Below, one piece after another: positions 59,881 to 64,000 of a stretch of DNA of 64,000 nucleotides. A model generated the notes under the pieces. The model saw only the letters and a program-made list of their open reading frames with translations. It did no database searches and was not told the DNA's origin. Source of the stretch: an uncultured Methanospirillum sp. (lineage in GTDB: Archaea; Halobacteriota; Methanomicrobia; Methanomicrobiales; Methanospirillaceae). Made by a program: the position numbers and the translations under genes. Positions within the stretch are counted from its first letter, which is position 1, and the number at the start of each line of letters is the position of its first letter. The stretch covers positions 1 to 64,000 of the forward strand of contig CAZWTX010000004.1 in NCBI GenBank assembly GCA_964637135.1, in the 5' to 3' direction.

Positions 59881-61896
59881 TTACTCTCCTCCCATGAGGA
59901 ACGCATCAATCTGTGCCACGATTTGAGGAGTGGTGAAATGCTGCATCTTGATGGCACCACCCGGACAGAATCCTCCACAGGTTCCGCAGCCTTTACACTT
60001 TGCTTCGGTGACCTGCATAACCGTCCGCCCGTCTTTCTCGACGAGACTCAGAGCACTGTATGGGCAGAGATTGATACACATCCCACAGCCGGCACAGAGA
60101 TCCTGAACACACTGGGCAAAGTACGGTTCAAGTTCGACTTCGCCGACATGAATCGGGATGGATGCGGCTGATGCTGCTCCTTCTGCCTGAGCAACCGTGT
60201 CAGGAATATCTTTCGGGCCCTGACAGACACCGGCGAGGAAGACACCAGCGGTAGTGGTTCCACAAGGGTTCAGTTTCGGGTGTGCTTCAAGCATCCAGCC
60301 ATCCGCAGAGGCTGAAACACCGAACTTCTTCCTGACGACATTTGCACCATCAATCGGCTGAACCGCTGCTGCAAGCACCACAAGGTCGAGTTCAAAATCA
60401 GCTGGGCGGCCGAGAAGGGTGTCTTCCGCAAAGACATGGAGATTCTTGGTGACCGGATCCTCAAGAATGTTGGCAACACGTCCACGGATGAATTTAGCTC
60501 CTTCATTCTGTATACGGTAGTAGAATTCCTCGTATGCTTTCCCGAAGGATCTGATATCCATGTAGAAGATGTATGCCGTACAGCCGGGGATCTTTTCCAT
60601 GATCTGGTGGGCATGCTTCAGGGAGTACATACAGCAGAACCGGGAACAGTATGGCTTGCCGACGCCGCCGGTATTGTCACGTGATCCCGCACAAAGGACA
60701 AATCCAACGCTTTTCGGGGTTGCTCCATCGCTTGGGCGGACCAGGTGACCACCGGTCGGACCGGATGCACAGATGAGCCGTTCGAACTCAAGAGAGTGAA
60801 TAACGTTCTCATGCCGCTTGTATCCCCATTCTTTCTTCTCTTCGATTGGGATATAATCGTATCCGGTTGCGAGGATAACGGTTCCAACCTTTATCGTTCT
60901 CAATTCGTCCTGCATCTCAAGATCGATGGCTTTCTTCTCACCACAGGCTTCAACGCACAGACCACATTTGACACAGGCGGTAAAGTCGATGGTATAGATC
61001 AGAGGAACGACCTGTGGGTGGTTGATATAGATTGCTTTCCGGGGAGCCATCCCAAACTCGAATGCATTGGGCTTGATGACCGGGCAGACTGCGGTACAGT
61101 CACCACAACCATTACAGCCTCCTCCGACGATCCCTTTTGCAGCTGCCTCTACCGGAGTCATAACTCCACGGGCCTTCTTTCGGAGGGTTATATCGAAGTT
61201 ACCGATGTACCCTTCCACATTCTCTACTTCATGGAGGGAGAGGAGTTCGATATTCGGGTGACGGCCTGCATCCACCATCTTTGGTGCAAGGATACACTGG
61301 GAACAGTCAAGGGTCGGGAAGGTCTTGTCGAGCTGAGACATACGACCACCGATGCTCTCGGCCTTCTCTACAAGATAGGTCTTGATACCGGCGCTTGCCA
61401 GATCGAGGGATGCCTGAATACCTCCAACACCACCACCAACGACCATCGCTGCTTTCTCAACAGGTACTGACTTTGGAACGAGATCTTCAAGGTATATCGC
61501 CTTGGCGACTGCCATCCGGATCTGATCCTTTGCCTTTGCGGTTGCCTCATCGTGCATCCCATGCATGTGAACCCAGGCGTTCTGCTCACGGATGTTTGCC
61601 ATCTCAAAGCGGAACATATTCACTCCACCCTCCTTGGTTGCAATCCTGAAGGTTGGTTCGTGAAGACGGGGAGAACATGCTGCCACAACGATACCGGTCA
61701 GTTTGTGTTCAGCGATTGCTTCCTTGATCATATTCTGACCGGGAGTGGAACACATATACTGGTAGTCGGCTGCGTAGGCGACATTGGGAAGTGTCTTGGC
61801 GTATTCTGCAACAGCCTTGACGTCAAGGGAACCGGCAATGTTGGTTCCGCAGTGACATACGAAGACACCGATTTTTGCTTCTGTATTTTCTGCCAT
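59881..61896 (-). CDS. hdrA: Heterodisulfide reductase subunit A
   Basis: CHCGTNI, GGGVGG, KTFPTLDCSQC, YCSRFCC and ferredoxin motifs. Confidence 0.97.
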   Translation of the reverse strand: MAENTEAKIGVFVCHCGTNIAGSLDVKAVAEYAKTLPNVAYAADYQYMCSTPGQNMIKEAIAEHKLTGIVVAACSPRLHEPTFRIATKEGGVNMFRFEMANIREQNAWVHMHGMHDEATAKAKDQIRMAVAKAIYLEDLVPKSVPVEKAAMVVGGGVGGIQASLDLASAGIKTYLVEKAESIGGRMSQLDKTFPTLDCSQCILAPKMVDAGRHPNIELLSLHEVENVEGYIGNFDITLRKKARGVMTPVEAAAKGIVGGGCNGCGDCTAVCPVIKPNAFEFGMAPRKAIYINHPQVVPLIYTIDFTACVKCGLCVEACGEKKAIDLEMQDELRTIKVGTVILATGYDYIPIEEKKEWGYKRHENVIHSLEFERLICASGPTGGHLVRPSDGATPKSVGFVLCAGSRDNTGGVGKPYCSRFCCMYSLKHAHQIMEKIPGCTAYIFYMDIRSFGKAYEEFYYRIQNEGAKFIRGRVANILEDPVTKNLHVFAEDTLLGRPADFELDLVVLAAAVQPIDGANVVRKKFGVSASADGWMLEAHPKLNPCGTTTAGVFLAGVCQGPKDIPDTVAQAEGAASAASIPIHVGEVELEPYFAQCVQDLCAGCGMCINLCPYSALSLVEKDGRTVMQVTEAKCKGCGTCGGFCPGGAIKMQHFTTPQIVAQIDAFLMGGE

Positions 61897-61908
61897 GTCA
61901 TTGCCTCC

Positions 61909-62803
61909 TTACANNNNNNNNNNTCTGCAGGAAGGGAGTGCAGTTGATTGCATGCAGATCAAGGGCAAGGTCCTGTGGGCTCATGCCCTGCGCAAGTCCG
62001 AGCAGTTCATTGTAATGCAGGACCGGGATGTTATAGACATCACCGAACTTCTCTTTGATCTCGATCTGACCACGATCAAACTGAAGCTGACAGAACGGAC
62101 AAAGCTCGGTGATTGCATCGGTTCCGGCCTCACGCATGTTGATCAGTTTCTCATTGGTGATATCGAGGGCATGAGTAATGTCGTATCCACGAACACCGCC
62201 ACCGGCACCGCAGCACTGCATCTTGTTGCGGTACTGGACAGATTCGCACCCGAGTGCATCAACGAGTTCTTCAAACCACATCGGGTTCTCAGTGTCACCA
62301 AAGTGCCGATCTTTCTGTGGTTTCATCAGGTGGCAGCCATAGTGACAGGCGATCTTTGCTCCGGTGAGCGGGGTGGTTACGGAGTCGCGGATCTTCTGAA
62401 TCCCACAAACCTTCTCGTCGTAATAGAGTTCTGCAAGATGGAAGACATCGATAGTACCCTTGTACTCCATATCAATCTCTTTCAACACCTCATTGACGCC
62501 ATTGCGAAGATCCGGGTTGTGCTTGAGGATATGGTTGACTTCCCAGATGGACTTGTAACATCCATTACAGATGAGGGCAATGTCCTTTTTCATCTCCTCT
62601 GCAAGACAGAGATTCCGGGCAGCCATAGCATACCAGACATTCAGATCAATGGAACCGAATGCACCGGGAGCCGGACAGCAGCTCGCTCCCTTAAGCGGGA
62701 GGAGTTTGATACCGACCTTTTCACTGGTCTTGATTGCTGATGCCTCACAGCCTGGGTACCGGTTCGGAGCGATACATCCTAGGAAAAATGCATATTCGTG
62801 CAC
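61909..62803 (-). CDS. hdrB: Heterodisulfide reductase subunit B; a 10-N gap lies near the 3' end
   Basis: CCG motifs SCCPAPG and CCGAGGG, plus CPFC. The likely true TAA is at 61911-61909, before the GGAGG site of hdrA. Confidence 0.93.
61914..61923. other. Assembly gap (10 N)
   Basis: Run of n characters in the sequence. Confidence 0.99.
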
Positions 62804-62806
62804 GCT

Positions 62807-63382
62807 TTAGTCCCCCTTGAGGATACGGTCAGCATTTTCTTTCAGTTTGTAGTGATCCAGTAACTTCTGAATTCCCTTGATAAACTCGGGATACATGTGT
62901 GTCGTCGGCGGGTCAGCAGTCAGACCCAGTTTGAGCCGGGCAGCCCGGTTGACATCGTTGTTCGGAACACCATGACCGGAGTTGTAAATCAACTGGACGG
63001 TCTGAAGGAAGTTCTTGGGAACAATATCACGTTTGAATGCAAGGTTTCTCATTGCCATTATCACATCGGTCGGGGCAATGTCACGCGGGCAACGGTCAGT
63101 ACAGGAGTAACAAGTGGTACATAACCAGAGATCCGGGTCGGTAAGTGCTTCGTTTTCAAGTCCAAGCACATTTCGGCGCATAAACAGGCGAATCCGGTAA
63201 GTGCTGCGGGGTGCAGATGGACAGGAGCCGGTACAGGTACCACACTGGTAGCACATGTTGGCTATTGTGCGGCTTGTCTTCAGAACATCCTTGGAAAACT
63301 GTGGGTTGGAATCGGTGATATGATATCTCTGGTCTGCCAGTTTCTTGTTGAGTTCAGGGTTATCGTATGATTTTGCTGCCAT
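62807..63382 (-). CDS. hdrC: Heterodisulfide reductase subunit C
   Basis: CYQCGTCTGSCP and LWLCTTCYSCTDRCP motifs. Confidence 0.95.
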   Translation of the reverse strand: MAAKSYDNPELNKKLADQRYHITDSNPQFSKDVLKTSRTIANMCYQCGTCTGSCPSAPRSTYRIRLFMRRNVLGLENEALTDPDLWLCTTCYSCTDRCPRDIAPTDVIMAMRNLAFKRDIVPKNFLQTVQLIYNSGHGVPNNDVNRAARLKLGLTADPPTTHMYPEFIKGIQKLLDHYKLKENADRILKGD

Positions 63383-63393
63383 TTCGATTCTCC

Positions 63394-64000
63394 TTACTGG
63401 CTAACCACCTTTAGTTCGACTGATCCTACGGACTGTGCATTCTCCACAACCCTGGATGTCCGTGGGGTACAGAGCTTGGCCTTGATCTTCTTGAAGAGAT
63501 CCGTTTCCTTGCCTTTCATCCGTACGCTGTCACGGCGGAGATAAATGATATCCTCACCGGGGCACGCATGGACACAGGCACCACACAGGATACAGAAGTC
63601 CTGGTTTACCGCAATATTTGGTTCGATAACACCCTTCATGTCCCGTGCTGCCTTTGGAGTTGGCATGTAGATGGCATTTGCTGGACAGACATCAACACAG
63701 GTTGAACATCCTCCAGGGCATTTCTCCGGGTGGAAGGTGATCTCTCCCTCGAAGATCTTGTTAACGGTAATTGCCTCTGTCGGACAGTTGATTGCACACC
63801 AGCGACAGGTACAACAGTCTTCGTCGATGATCTCAACAGACCCAAGGTTTCTCTTCCCATTGACCGTACGGGTTACCGTGATAGCATCATTCGGGCAGGC
63901 CTCTGCACAGACATTACAGCCATCGCAATATGCTTCGTCCCAGAGCACCTGTCCCTCTACCTTTCCGGTTTCAGGGGTGAACGGTTTGTGAATGACCTCG
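63394..64000 (-). CDS. fwdF: Polyferredoxin FmdF/FwdF, 5'-truncated by the window edge
   Basis: Four Fe-S Cys motifs including CPGGCSTC and CILCGAC; directly upstream of hdrC. Confidence 0.8.
   Translation of the reverse strand, partial: EVIHKPFTPETGKVEGQVLWDEAYCDGCNVCAEACPNDAITVTRTVNGKRNLGSVEIIDEDCCTCRWCAINCPTEAITVNKIFEGEITFHPEKCPGGCSTCVDVCPANAIYMPTPKAARDMKGVIEPNIAVNQDFCILCGACVHACPGEDIIYLRRDSVRMKGKETDLFKKIKAKLCTPRTSRVVENAQSVGSVELKVVSQ

Overview
This window comes from a hydrogenotrophic methanogenic archaeon. Gene content and protein sequences point to Methanomicrobiales, most likely Methanospirillum-like (inference). It is a dense CO2-reduction and energy-conservation region containing: an Eha membrane hydrogenase operon; a Mo/W-cofactor block (moeA paralogs, modABC, mobB, fdhD, fmdE); F420-dependent fdhAB; a large formylmethanofuran dehydrogenase paralog array (two DBAC operons, one DB pair, one solo A); and the fmdF-hdrCBA-mvhD operon. 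Accessory genes are interspersed: three siroheme-type Dsr-like proteins, an osmC/split-yeeE/tusA sulfur module, a TudS-like gene plus an ABC transporter followed by an unannotated frameshifted double-cubane/HgdB-type relic, a probable sheath-protein paralog, a VTC-DUF4956 pair, a hybrid histidine kinase and an intact but apparently catalytically eroded IS1634-like protein. Three items missing from the ORF track were read directly from the DNA: the EhaP-like polyferredoxin, a rubredoxin and the pseudogene. A recurring TGCCTAA/TTAGGCA intergenic motif suggests an undescribed regulon. No rRNA, tRNA or CRISPR array was seen. All family calls come from motif recognition by eye, not database searches.
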